From Camelus ferus (taxonomy: Eukaryota), in contig NC_045729.1 of assembly GCF_009834535.1 (NCBI RefSeq), positions 19,096,001-19,160,000 on the forward strand: a stretch of 64,000 bases of DNA. The letters are read 5' to 3'. Each line of letters opens with the position of its first letter. Within the stretch, counting starts at the first letter, position 1. The notes beneath the pieces were generated by a model that saw nothing but the letters and a program-made list of their open reading frames with translations, did no database searches and was not told the DNA's origin. A program made the translations under genes and the position numbers. Below are positions 50,301 to 62,169 of this stretch, in pieces.

Positions 50301-51500
50301 AAAGAGGAAGGAGTGGAGGAAAGAAGGGAAATGAGTCTCCCTGGGAGCCACGTGCACACTGGGAGAGTAGCCAGGTGCGTTTCTGGACCAGCCAGGAGGT
50401 CCCCGAGGTCCCCAACTTGCCCAAGACACACACACTTGTGGGGCTTGGCGGTGGGAAGCTAGGAGGAAAAGAAACACTGGGTGAGGACAGGGCACGAATC
50501 CGGGCTAGGATTTCGCCATCCTGGACAGCGCAGAAGCCCTGGCTCTGAAGCATAGCCGGTTATCCTGACCTGGGTCAAGATGCCCCACTGACTGGGTCCC
50601 AGACCCCTCCCCCTGGCTCTTCGGGCGGTAACGTGGTAGCCGGCTCTCAAGCAAAAGCATCTCCTCCCAGCCCCGCACCCCGAGCTCAGGAAGGCCGAGG
50701 GTGGGGTGAGGGGTGGTGAAGAGACTACAGGTCCCGGCATGCACCGGGGCGGGGGGAGGGGGACGGCATGGCCGAGCGGGTGACCTAGCCGGGTCCCAGC
50801 CTTTAGGAAAGGGGTGACGAGAGGGCGGAGGGCGCCAGGCCCGCGCACCAAGTCGCACAAAGGCCCGCGGGCCAAGAAATAACTCCTGGGACCCGCTTCA
50901 ACTCCCGGCTAATGTTTAACTGCCGGGGTCGGCGAGCTCCGCACCACCGAGAAGCAGGCGGCCCGGGGGCTCCCCGGCTGCGGCCGGCAGGGAAGGAGCT
51001 GGTCGCAGGGTCGCAGAGAGGGCGGTGCACGCCGCCGGGCTCCCTGCAGCTCGCGCGCCCGCCCTCCCGCCGCGCCCCTCCCCGCGCACGCCGCAGCCGA
51101 AGCGGGCGCTGCGCTCCCGGGCCTTTCCCGGGCCTGGGGGGCTGGGGGACAGAGGAACTGGGTGGCCACAGCCCAGACCTCTCCTTTCCGCACGTGTGGC
51201 CGCCCTCCCGCTCGGAACGAGCGGCCCAGCCAAGAAGGCGATGCGCCCGGCCGCGGTTGCACGACCCACTCAACGGCCGGCCGGGAAGCTGCAGAGGCGG
51301 CCGTCCGCATCCCGAGCCCCGGCCGGAGGCTGAGAAGCGGCGGCGACCGGCTCTCCGGCGCCCCCAGCACCCCCAGGGCGCCCCTCGCCCCTTACCTTAA
51401 GCACGCCTTCATCCTGCTTGGGGCTGATGTCCACCCCCTCGAGGGGGAGCGGCGCCGACTGCGCGCCGCTCTCGGCCGCCTTCGTCTCTTCGGCGGTCAT
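44234..51500 (-). CDS. FKBP4: Peptidyl-prolyl cis-trans isomerase FKBP4 (FKBP52): complement(join(51396..51500,49402..49546,48819..48961,47867..47987,47460..47616,46754..46844,46570..46653,46119..46304,45381..45620,44234..44341)), 459 aa
   Basis: [22 protein letters not shown]; FK1 [16 protein letters not shown] and [13 protein letters not shown] (Pro119 loop typical of FKBP52 rather than FKBP51); TPR repeats; [12 protein letters not shown]; 10 exons, 1380 nt. Confidence 0.98.
44630..44970 (-). mobile_element. MER3/MER33-like element interrupted by a SINE
   Basis: gtagctactaccacgtgtggatactgaacactt | SINE | aaaatacacattggattttgaagacttag. Confidence 0.6.
44713..44850 (+). mobile_element. Vic-1-like SINE, FKBP4 intron 9
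   Basis: gagggtatagctgagtggcagagc...aaacctaattaaccccc tail; approximate TSD tatg(g)ctggtt(t/c)aga. Confidence 0.85.
44976..45106 (-). mobile_element. Vic-1-like SINE, FKBP4 intron 9 (inverted partner)
   Basis: Reverse copy; tagatacct repeated on both flanks. Confidence 0.85.
45381..45620 (-). CDS. FKBP4: FKBP4 exon 9
   Basis: [32 protein letters not shown]; 240 nt. Confidence 0.97.
46119..46304 (-). CDS. FKBP4: FKBP4 exon 8
   Basis: [22 protein letters not shown]...[10 protein letters not shown]; 186 nt. Confidence 0.96.
46570..46653 (-). CDS. FKBP4: FKBP4 exon 7
   Basis: [28 protein letters not shown]; 84 nt. Confidence 0.95.
46754..46844 (-). CDS. FKBP4: FKBP4 exon 6
   Basis: [30 protein letters not shown]; 91 nt. 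Confidence 0.95.
47460..47616 (-). CDS. FKBP4: FKBP4 exon 5
   Basis: [24 protein letters not shown]; 157 nt. Confidence 0.96.
47752..47855 (-). mobile_element. MIR
   Basis: cctcattttacagataagaaaacaggatcagaga. Confidence 0.6.
47867..47987 (-). CDS. FKBP4: FKBP4 exon 4
   Basis: [22 protein letters not shown]; 121 nt. Confidence 0.96.
48819..48961 (-). CDS. FKBP4: FKBP4 exon 3
   Basis: [17 protein letters not shown]...ATLVFE|gtgagt; 143 nt. Confidence 0.96.
49402..49546 (-). CDS. FKBP4: FKBP4 exon 2
   Basis: [25 protein letters not shown]; 145 nt. Confidence 0.96.
51396..51500 (-). CDS. FKBP4: FKBP4 exon 1, coding part
   Basis: ATG 51500; CTTAAG|gtaagg. Confidence 0.97.
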
Positions 51501-51691
51501 CGCGCCGTTTCTCGGGCAGCGGGCGCGGGGATATGCGCGGCTGTGCGGGCGGCCGGCCGGGGCTCGCGCACCTCTGCTCCGGCGCGCGCGGGCAGAGGAG
51601 GTGGGTCGTGGGCGGCCAGGGGAGCGATTGGTCCCACCGCCGCGGAGGGAGGGGCTGGGAGGAGCCGGGCGGCCGCGAGGGACGTGGGGGG

Positions 51692-51706
51692 AGAACTTTC
51701 TAGAGA
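51692..51706. promoter_or_regulatory. Heat shock element upstream of FKBP4
   Basis: aGAAc tTTCt aGAGa, three alternating nGAAn units with one mismatch. Confidence 0.6.
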
Positions 51707-53978
51707 CGGCGGCGGCCGAGCCGGTTCGGGTTCAGGCGCTCAGGGCGCTCCTGCGAAAGGTGGTTTCTGGTTTGTTCCTCCCGCCGGCCGCCTGGCCCCG
51801 CCCCTGTCCTGGGACCCTTGGACTCCGCAGACACCCCCCGCCCCTGCTGCGCGCTCTCCCGGCCTCCTCCCCCCACCCCGTTCCCGGTCTAACCGGATTC
51901 TTCCAGATCTTTCTCGATCCTCCGCAGCATCCGACGCCGCGCAGCCGGACGTGGGCGCCGCGCGTGCGTCTCCCCGGCCCGAGATGCGGGCGGCCGGCCT
52001 CCCCGCCTCGCTGGGCGCGCGTCCGTAACGCAGAGCGGGTGGAGAGCGTTGCCCCAGTGCGCAGAGCCGGGGAGTCAGCGGGGTTTCCCCAGGGCGGGGG
52101 AGGCGGGCCGCCTTCGGCCTTGCAAAATGCTGCGAGCCCAGCAGCCCGTTTGCAAGAAATGACTCGCTGAGCTGTAAGGACTCAAATGGGGCGCGTATTA
52201 AAGGGACCTTCCCCGACAATAATAAAACTGCCGTTTCAGTTAATACTTAAGGGTTTCAACTCAAGAAAAGTCATGACATTTTACTGAAAGTCCATAGAAA
52301 GCAATACTTTCTTAATACTGGGTTCCTAAATATTACGGACTTCTGTGGCGTGCATAGCATCTGCGCGGTAGGTCGATGCACCGCAGCGCCCGGTTATCCA
52401 AACAATAACCTTTTGACAAGATTCTGGTATGGAGGGTCTTTGTTTTTTGTTTGTTTTTTCTTAGTACTTAACCTCAGTTTAGCATAGTGCTTGGTGCGTA
52501 GTATCAAATAGTTCTATGAATTTGTATTCCAGTAATATCACAAAAGAAAAAATTTTGGAGCCTTCGCTGTTTGCTTAGCACTATGCTGTGCCACGCAAAG
52601 TGTCCCATTTAGGTAGGTAATTAAAAGGGCTGTTACAGATGAACTTTCAATACCATACCATAGCTAGGTAGTTGACGGCAGTCCTTCCTTTCTGTCTGAA
52701 CTCGACTGGAAGAAGATGCTGAAGAAATAGAACCGTTTCCTCCAGCAATTTACTGCGAACGCTTTTAGCCATGACTAAGACACTTCTCATTGGATGACTG
52801 GGCGTACCCTCAGAGGACTGGCGGGGCGTGGGGGGGGGCGGGGGTTGATTCACTAGGGGTTAAAACTATGTCTCTTCTACACTGTCCTCAGCAGGGTGAG
52901 AAGTAACAGTGCCAAAGCCCTCCTAAACTTCCCAAGACGAGTGTTGGCTAAGGTGCTGGCCTGTGGGGTCGCAGTTATCTTGCTGCTAGCTTATGCACCT
53001 GTTCATTCTCAAGAGTGTGCTGGTTTCTTTTGAGGCTAGGGCCATTGGGTATTATCCGGCAGAGCAAGTTGGGAGAGAAAAGGAAAGTCTACCTTTAGTG
53101 TAACGCTTTCCTGCATCCTTTTAATTTTTGTCTCTGTCGCACACGTCAGCGGAGCAGTGAGGGTGTGCCTGCTGTTGCTTAAACACATGATGACAGTAGC
53201 TGGAGCCTCTGCTTCGGAGGAAGCAAAGAGTCAGGTCGCCCTCGCACTGACTGATTTGGGGCAGGTTATGGGGATCGTAACAGCTGTCAATAAGTGTGGC
53301 TGTAATGGCTAAAAAGAGGGAGTGTATGTCAGGTGTCTGGCCCAGCGCCCACCTTCAACGGGTGGTTGATAAATAACAGTCATTATTCTAGTGTGATGAC
53401 GGTGAGGTGAGATGTGGACAAAGTGCTAAAAACACAGAGCTCTGTAAGCGAGGAGAGGATACTGTGGGATGGAAAGGGGAGGAGCCAGAGGGAAAGGTTG
53501 TGGGAGGAAGGTTCTGGGCCCATTCAGTCAATGGGTGGTTGAGGGGCTTGGAGAGGGGAGGGGGCAGTAGGCATTGGGTTCTTGGATTCCAGGGGAGGAC
53601 CTTATTTCTAGAGTTTTTTCTGGTTATTTACATTATATTTTTCGGATTGTGAAACTTGCACATATAGTGCAGAAAGTGCACAGATGTTTTGTTCTTTCCC
53701 TCCTCTGCCACATCCCTGTCCCAGCTCGGTGAAATTAATATTCCCGTTAAAGATGTGTAACAACATAATTTTTTTCAGTGATATCATTCAGTCGTTCAAA
53801 ATCCTTTTGAAATTTTCTCCTTTGGCTAGAGGAAGAGAGCCCCTCCCCCATCATCCACCTTACTCTGTAGGTAACTCCTGGTGTGATTAGAAGTTTTGTT
53901 ATTGCCAGAATGAGCCTTTGGGAACTCACCTGGTACATCTCACTAATGCCAGGCCCATCCCTCAGGCACAAAGACCCC

Positions 53979-54076
53979 GTGTGTTTTTGGTTTTTTTCAG
54001 TGGAGGGACTGGGGATTGAACCCAGGACCTCCTGCATGCTAAATATGCGCTCTACCACTGAGCTTTTACCCTCCCC
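53979..54076 (-). mobile_element. Vic-1-like SINE (short-tail form)
   Basis: Reverse copy; 10-bp TSD caaagacccc at 53969-53978 and 54080-54089. Confidence 0.85.
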
Positions 54077-56149
54077 AACCAAAGACCCCTTGTTTGAAAA
54101 TCCCTTGTTTTTAAAGTGCTGTTTTGACCTTCTCAGACTGCCAATGCTCTTAAATGTTAAAAAAAAAAAAAAAGTAATAGTTGAATCGTTCAAGGAAATG
54201 TGCGATGAGTGTGGTGGTGTGTGTGTGTGTATACATGCGTGCATATGTTATATGACATACCAACATAATTAACCTTGAGAACATACCACCCAACCTGAGA
54301 ATTAGAACATCACCAACATGATGAGTGTCAGAAATCTAATACCCAAAATGTGAAGGACACTTACATAATTTCTTGCTACTTTCGGTGTCTGTTGACTGAG
54401 AAAATATAAGCTGTACTATTGACCAAAACAGCTGCTACACATTTCATAAAACACTTACTTATTTCTTTGAGAGATTACAGGCCCATTTCCATACGTGTGA
54501 AAGACTGGGCCTCTGTGTGGTGTCTACATGTAATGGAGACCTGCAGCTTCATCACTGAACACGCCATGGGTCGCTGGGCAAGTTTTCTTCACCTCTGATA
54601 ATTCCTCTCGCCGGGGTTTTCTTCCAGGATTAAATGATAATTATTACGTGTGAAGTACTTACGGCAGTGCATGGCATGTAGCAAGTAGATGAGCGGTAAG
54701 CTTTATGTGTGCCATTTTTCTGCTTGTTTTATTTTCTCTTTTTATATTGTGCCATGTTTTATTTATTCAGCCTGTTGATTGCTGTGATGAGGAGTAGGAG
54801 GCCTGGAGGACGCCCGAGTCTCCAGCCCTCAGGTTGAGAGCACTGACTGGTCCAGACAAGGCTTTGCTCCATCATTTCCAGTGGATGCTTCTTCCTGGTG
54901 TGACATCACATCTGTGCTTTTTGCTCTTTAACACTTAGTTACCCTGACAATCTGATGTAGTGGCTTTGTCATTTTGTCATCCCAACAAGACTGGGAGCCC
55001 CGTGAAAGTGAAGACTTGGTCTTGGTCTCCACCATTATCTCATCTCCTTGTGGGTAGGAAGATGGGATATTTGGTGGCTTTCCTGATGAAAGAAAGGAGT
55101 TTTTTTCCTTCTTTTTAAAAATAAAATCGGGTTTCCTGCTTCAGATGTATGTATTTTTTATTTTGTTCCTAGGAATGATCAAAACTAGCCAATTTTCATC
55201 CTTCTGTATTTCTGGATGCACTGAAATTAGGCTTTGGCCTCGTTCATCAGAGGGTCCAGTGGCCAGATGACTATTTCAGTGTAATTTCCAGCCTCCCCAA
55301 ACCCCTGTGTGGTCAAAGATCACATGTTTGTCTAGGCTCTCCTCATATCTTATTAGCATAACTAGAGCGAGGATTGCCTTTTGGGACAAATAAAATCTTG
55401 CCCTCCATCGTCCTCAGGGGAGAGTAAATGTGTATTTAATGTCATAAATGTGCTCGGCAGTGACCCTGGGGCCGACTCAGCCGCCCTCATTGTGAAATGA
55501 AGAAATGACCGTTCCTTTGGTGTAACGTCACACTTCTGTAAGTGGTCTGCTAATATTATAAAACGTTTAAGTTGTAATAACTGTAAAACCTGCATGTGAA
55601 AGTTCAGATTCCTTGTATCTCAGAAGTTCATTCTGTGTTAGAAATAGTCAGCTTTAGTCAAATACTGACTTTAATAGTTATCCTTTCAGCATTTAACCGA
55701 AATGTGTCTTCCGAGCATCTCTGAGTTCACCCCTTCCCGTGGGCCCTGCAGGTGGAGTGTTAAGCAGCCCTTCCCTTCACAAGCAGGGCCCCCCAGGGAG
55801 CTGCTCTGGCGTTTCCTCGGGCTGACTGCCTGAGCTTTCATTTCCTGCTGGGCTCCTGGGAGCCCTAGATGGGGTGGGAATCCTCGCCGGGATTCCTGGG
55901 TAGGCCAAAGAGAGCCTCATATACCTTTAGGGAGGATGAAAAGGTGTCTTTTTGTTTTTTTCCTTTTTTTTCTTAAGGGGCTCTGGGTTTTCCAGGGGCT
56001 TCCATTACTTGACATCACAATCATCCTCTTTCTTTACCGTGGAGAACACCCCTGTCCTCAAGACTTGCGCCCACTGATGTGTGCCGCTGTTCCTTCCTAC
56101 AAACGGCCATTTGGTGCAAAGATAAATTTAGTAAGTGGGTCCGGAGGTC

Positions 56150-57070
56150 TTGAGCCTCGGAGTTGGCGGCCGCCCCTGAGGGACTTAGGGATGGGCCGCC
56201 GTGCCCTGGCTGCTGGCGGCCCTCCGTCCTTGGGGTCCTTGGGCAGAGCGCTGGTAAGCAGCATCTGGAGCGCACCTGCACTGGGCGATGAAGTAAGGGC
56301 TGTGGGGCAGTATTGCACTTTCCCTTGGTGACAGCCCTGCCGGTGGCTGCCGATTTGTTCCAAGGACAGGTGCTGAGGCGGGTGGCAAGTCCGACTGCGC
56401 GCTGACGGGAGCCCCCGGCTCAGGCCCGGTCGGTGGGCGCGGCTGCCGGGACTTCCTGCCGCGAGGGACGCAGCCGCAGGCGTGGCTCTCGGCCCTGCAC
56501 CGAGGGACCGAGGGACCGAGGGACGGAGCTCGGTCTCACCAGCTGGGGCAGAGCCTGCGCCTGGGGCTTCTTTGGGGGCTCAGGGCTGGTTCTCCGGGGG
56601 CCTAGAGCGCGCCCCGGCCTCCGTGCCCGCTGGTGGGCTCTGGGGACCCAGAGCCGCTGGCTGGCACGTGACAGGGGCTACACTGACTCGGGAAGAGGAG
56701 GAACTCCTGAAGGACAGCGGCCCGCCCCAGGCCCCCTCCGCCTGGGCCGCCGGAGGACTCCGGACACCAGGTTCCTCGCCCCAAGCGCAAAGCCCCTTCC
56801 GGGTCCGTCCCCAGCGAGCGCGAGCGCCGGCCGGGCGGGGGGCGCGGAGCCAGGCGCACGCCCGGTGCTCGGCTGCAGGGCCTGCTTGGCAGCCCAGGTC
56901 TTTGTAGTTTGGTTTCTGTTGGTAACTGCGTCATTGTGGTAACATCACCGGGCGGCTCTTCTGAAGCTTTTATACGGACTGTTCTTGGTCTTTACATTCC
57001 TCGCCTCCTCTGTCCCCTGGAATTCGGTCGTGTGGGCGGGAACGCAATTTTTTTTTTACGGCGATTTCGG
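56150..57070. promoter_or_regulatory. Orphan CpG island about 5 kb upstream of FKBP4
   Basis: CpG-dense and GC-rich, ETS-like ACTTCCTG; no recognisable coding exon. Confidence 0.65.
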
Positions 57071-57379
57071 TAAGACCAAGCTTTATTAAACATACCGAGT
57101 TCATTTTTAACTAAAAAAAGAGATATTTGTTGAGCACCTACTAGGTTCCTGGGTCGGCACAAGGGACTGTGGGGTGCACGTCATCTGTGATTCTGTCGCA
57201 GATCCTTCTGGTGCTTATACAGAGAAGTTAGAGCAAACGTAAGGCTGACCCGCGTGGTGCGGCTTCAAGGTGCAGGAGGGAAGGGTGTGTGGAGGGGAAA
57301 GTGTTCCAGGAAGGCCTCACAGAGACCCAGAGCTGAGAAAGATCTTGAAAATGGATAATAATATAGTATCTGTTCACTT

Positions 57380-58900
57380 TTTTAAAAGACAGAAATAGAT
57401 GTATAGTTCGATCAAGTTGTAGGTTTGTGTGTACCTTCTAACTACCAGACCAAGATACAGAACACGGCTGCACCCCAACACGCTCCCGCATATCCCCTCC
57501 CAGACCTTACCACCCCCAAGGGTAACCACTGTTCTGACCTCTGGCAATCCATTAGTTTTTGTCTGCTTTTGAACAGCATTCAAAAAGAATCATACAGTAT
57601 ACACTTTTTTGCCGGGCTACTTTCATTCCACATGATGTCTGTGAAATCCATCCGTTTTCTTGCACGCAGGAGTAGTTCAATTCCTTTCCTTGTTGTGTAC
57701 TTTTCCACTGTGTGATTGTACCACAGCTTGCTTATCCATTCTATTGTTGGTGATGTTGGGGTTATTTCCAGTTTTTGTCTCTACAGTTTTGTCTTNNNNN
57801 NNNNNNNNNNNNNNNNNNNNNNNNNNNNNNNNNNNNNNNNNNNNNNNNNNNNNNNNNNNNNNNNNNNNNNNNNNNNNNNNNNNNNNNNNNNNNNNNNNNN
57901 NNNNNNNNNNNNNNNNNNNNNNNNNNNNNNNNNNNNNNNNNNNNNNNNNNNNNNNNNNNNNNNNNNNNNNNNNNNNNNNNNNNNNNNNNNNNNNNNNNNN
58001 NNNNNNNNNNNNNNNAAGCTTGTTTATGTGCAGGATTTTGTGTGGACATAGTTGTCAGCTCCTTTGGGTAAGTATTAAGGAGCTTGATTGCTGGATTGTA
58101 AGATAAGCATATGTTTAGTTTTGAAAGAAACTGCCAAACTGTCATGCAAAGTGGTTGTTTTGCATCCCCACCAGCAACAAATAGGAAATCTCTCTCCTGT
58201 GGCTCCATATCTTCATCAGCATTTGCTGTTAGTGTTCTGGATGTTGGCTATTCTAATAGTTGTGTAGTGGTGTCTCATTGTTTTCATTTGTTTCTCCCTG
58301 ATGACATATGATGTGGAACATCTTTTCATATGCTTATTTGTTGTCTGTAAATCTTTGGTGCGGTATCAAGGCCTTTGTCCTATTTTTTAATCAGATTTTT
58401 TTTCTGTTGAGTCTCATGCATTCTTTGTATATTTTTGATAACAGCCCTTTATCAGGTATGTCTTTTGCAGATATTTTCTTGCAGTCTGTGGTTTGTCTTC
58501 CCATTCTCTTGACAGTGTCTTTTGCAGAGCAGACATTTTAAATTTTAATGTCTAGCTTACCAATTCTTTCTTTCACAGATCATGCCTTTGGTGTTGCATC
58601 TAAAAGTCATGGCCAAACCAAAGATCACCTAGGTTTTCTCCTATGTTATCTGCTAAGAGTTTTATAGTTTTGCTTTTTACACTTAGGCATGGGATCCATT
58701 TTAAGTTCATTTTTGTGAAGGGTGTAAAGTCTGTGTCTAGATTCATTTTTTGCACGTGGATGCCCAGTTGTTCCAGCGCCATCTGTTGAAATGACTATCT
58801 TAGCTCTCCTGCATTGTCTTTGCCAAAAATCAGTTGACTATTTTTATGTGGGTGTATTTCTGGCTTCTCTTTTCTGTTCCATTGACCTATTTGTCTATTT
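57380..58900 (-). mobile_element. L1MA/L1MB fragment (ORF2 C-terminus plus 3' UTR), split by the gap
   Basis: ORF 58600..58782 (KMNLDTDFTPFTKMNLKWI...TIKLLADNIGENL) resembles L1 ORF2p; 3' UTR motifs. Confidence 0.8.
57796..58015. other. Assembly gap, 220 N
   Basis: Run of n. Confidence 1.
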
Positions 58901-58901
58901 C

Positions 58902-58960
58902 TTTTGGGGGGGGGAATGGTGATAATTAGGTTTACTTATTTATTTATGGTTTTTAAAAAA
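58902..58960 (-). mobile_element. Vic-1-like SINE tail fragment
   Basis: ttttggggggggg...taattaggtttacttatttattt only; head absent. Confidence 0.5.
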
Positions 58961-61900
58961 ATTTTAGTAGACTTTATTCTTTTAGAGCAGTTTCAGGTTC
59001 ACAACAGAACTGAGCAGAAAATAGAGTTCGCACAGTAAGCCCCGTGGCTACACAGGGGGCTGAGGACATGCTTCTCCCTGGGATTGGGGGGTGAGGGTGG
59101 GGGGTGGCGCACCATGTCACAGGACTTGCTGAAACCGTGGAGGGGGTGGGGGCAGGGGGTCCGAGCTGGCATTTGGACTAAGGGACAGAGCAGAGAAACC
59201 CAGAACCCAGACGACTTCCTATCCGCAGGAAGCTAAATTAAAATCAGAAGAGGCTAGTGGTCAAATTCAGTGTTTTTATACCCAAGAACCAAACACATGT
59301 TTTATAACAATGGAGGAAGACAATTAGTGGTCACCAACTAAAATACATGAAAGTGACATGACCAAGAAGCCAGTAAAATCTACTCCAAAGAGTTTACAGT
59401 TTAGTGGAGGAAGGCAGCCCAACCTGAGGGTATGGCCTCCTTTTGAAGCACTGCCCGGTTCTGCACCCTGGTTTGCACAGACATGGGGACAGTGGGAGAC
59501 CCCAGAGATGTGCCACCAATGCCTCAGACCAATTTCCAGACAGCTCAGTGGTCCCCCCACTCTCCATCATCTCCTTTTTCTGCCTCCCCTTCCTTCCTGT
59601 CCCCCCCTCCCTTTTTTGGGCAAAGGTGGGGAAGGGAAGGTTGTCTGAGGGTCGGACAATTCCTCTCCCTGCCAGGAGAGGGCAGCAGCCTCTTCCCCAT
59701 CACGCAGGCGCACCCTCAGCGCTACCTAGGATTCCGCCCCTTTTTCAAAGGTCACTGAGTGCCCACTAGGGGCAGGCTCTGCGCTGGGCGCTGGGGTGCA
59801 AAGCTAAGATACGGGTCCCCACTCTGGAGGGGCTGATGATCTAAAAGTGAGTCAGCCACAGAAACAGAAAATGCCAAACAGTGGGGTGAGGCACCAAGGC
59901 AGAAGGCTCTTCAGGGCACTGTGGACTCCCAAGGAGGGGTGGGGAGAAATGGGGCACTGGCTGTGGTGGGGAAGCCTCCTTTTCTGCTGGAGATGCTTGA
60001 ACGGAGTCTTGAAAGAGAATCGGTTTTTCCTGCAGTGTATACGGCCAGGAAGGGCATCCCAGCAGGGGGACCAGGGTGAGCTTGCCTCTCCACTGCGAGC
60101 TCAAGCTTGAGCAAAGGTGCTGGGGAGAGGCAGGAGGACTCGGGAGCTGGTCCCTGGAGGGCTGTCCTTGGCTCCTGCGCAGAGAAAAGCCTGGACCAGA
60201 ACCGTGGAGGACACGGGCAGCCATCACAGCGATTGAATTTGAACAATGCAATCAGATTCGCACTTTTAAAAAAAGTCCGCTCTTCCAGCGGTGTAGAGGA
60301 GGGATGTACAGGGGCTGAGGGCCAGTTAAGGTGTGCTTGAAACAGGTAGCTTGAGAGATGATGGTGGTGTGAACTATGGTGGTGGCAGGGGGATGGGAAG
60401 GAGAGGCTGGACATGAAGTTGATATGACAGGTTGTGGTCTCTGATTAGATGGGGTGGGACGAGGGTGGAGGTCTCTCTCAGTGCTGGTGGCACATGGTGA
60501 GATGGAGAACAGACAGGGGAGGAGAGAGCTGAGCCCGGGACAGACAAGAGGCACCACGTCCAGCTTCCCCGGTCATCCCCACTGTATGCCCCACTGGTTC
60601 CATGACAGCAGCTTCTTGGGTCTCACAGTGTTCAGTCTCTCTCCCTGTTGCAGTAGCTTATGAATTCTCTCATTTAATACATACGTATTGACAGCTTGTT
60701 ATGGGCAGGCACAGTGATAAATCCCCTTCCCCATAGGGCTTAGGTCTGGTGCAGGGGGACGGGGTTGGAGGAGGAGACAGAGAAGTAAACTAATAGTTGA
60801 ATTCGGTATGAAAAAATGCTCTCGTAAGTGAAGGCCAGGGTACCATGAGAACATCCCCAGAGGGGCACATAACCTAGGCTAGAGTACGAAGGAGTCGGGG
60901 TCTGATCTAGGCCCAGGTGGGTGGGTGGGGGTCTGCCTGGCGAGGGCGTAGGTAGCACCTGGCGGGGGCTGGGGAGAAGGTGGTTCAGCAGGACCAGAAG
61001 TGCTGGGTGCAGCGCCTGAGCCTGAGGGGTGCCGGACCGGAGAGAACAAGCAGCCTCCGCTGGAGAGCACACGGGAGAAGCCGCGTCCCCAGGTTTCCAC
61101 CAAGAAAGAAGACGAAAGGGCCTGCGAGGAGAGGTTGAGGACAGAGGGAAGTGGGCGTAGTGGGGAGGCTTTTCCAAAGGCCTTGCAGAGGGTTTGAGAG
61201 GGGTCTAGGCGGAGGGGTGGTCTAGGGCAGGGACGCAGAGCAGGGAGGAAACTCCCTCATTCATCCCTTTGTTTAAGGGTTGTGCACTGAGCAGGCGCTC
61301 CAGGCCAGGAACAGTGGTACCCAGACCCGCAAGCTTCCTGAGCTCACGGAACACGCTTGTCAGTGGGGAAGACATACAGTGAACTAGGTGCTTTCAGACA
61401 GTGGTCAGTGCTGTGATGAAGGGAGAACGGGGGAACGTAATAGTGTTGGGGGACCAGGGACAAGCTCAGGAGAGGAGACACGGACACACGAGCTGACTGC
61501 AGGGTGAGCATCTCTGTCGGGAGAGGATACAGAGCAGAGGTTAAGGGTGTGGGAAGCACGGGGCCTGGAGGGTGGGGAGTGTGGAGAGCCGCTGCGGGGC
61601 CTGATGGGCTGGCCTGTCACAGGGCCAGCAGCCAGTAGGCCCACCGGGCCTCAGGTGGCGGCTGGCCCCTCAGGCCTGGAGGGCTGCACTTCTGGAGGAC
61701 ACGTGCTAGCCTTACACAGAGGATGCTTGGGTTTCTGGAAGGAGCTGGGCTGGTTCTGTGTCTGGATTGGCCACCTGGGCCCTGGGGAGAGGCCACAAGC
61801 TCCGGGCCAGCCGCTGGGGACCTGTGGCCACAGGCCACGGCCTGTGCGGTGAGAACGCAGCCGGCGCCTCGCTGTCCGTCCGGGGGGGTGCCCGCTTTAT

Positions 61901-62169
61901 CCAGCTGCGAGCTTGCGGCGAAGAGTGGGGGCTCGCTGGGCCTGAGGCGCTCCCTCTCTGTGGAGGAGGCTGCGCAGCCCTGCTCTGTGCCATGGCAGGC
62001 AGCGTTCTCCGAGCTGGCTCAGGCCTGGTCTGTGCGAGCTGAGAAGGCTGAGGCCGTGCACAGAAGCCGGCAGTCCAAAAGCTGATGCCCGTTCCGGGTG
62101 CAGGGAGCCTGCTCGTCCGCACGGGAGCAGCTGGGCACCGAACGTGGACGTGCAGTGCCAGGGTCCACA

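Larger units (their letters stand above)
50480..52400. promoter_or_regulatory. FKBP4: FKBP4 promoter CpG island
   Basis: Dense CpG and GC boxes spanning exon 1. Confidence 0.9.

Noticed and set aside
50803-52219. Cluster of 100-288 aa ORFs on both strands
   Set aside because: FKBP4 promoter CpG island; compositional artefacts
55362-55595. 77-aa ATG ORF on - (MQVLQLLQLKRF...) in non-repetitive DNA
   Set aside because: No family resemblance I recognise and no supporting gene structure; length is compatible with chance. A blastp/phyloCSF check would settle it.
57660-58208. ORFs containing X runs
   Set aside because: Artefacts of translating through the N gap
58600-58782. Protein-like ORF
   Set aside because: Degenerate L1 ORF2 fragment, recorded as a mobile element
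61821-61834. Perfect 14-bp palindrome CCTGTGGCCACAGG
   Set aside because: About four such palindromes are expected by chance in 64 kb (64000/4^7)
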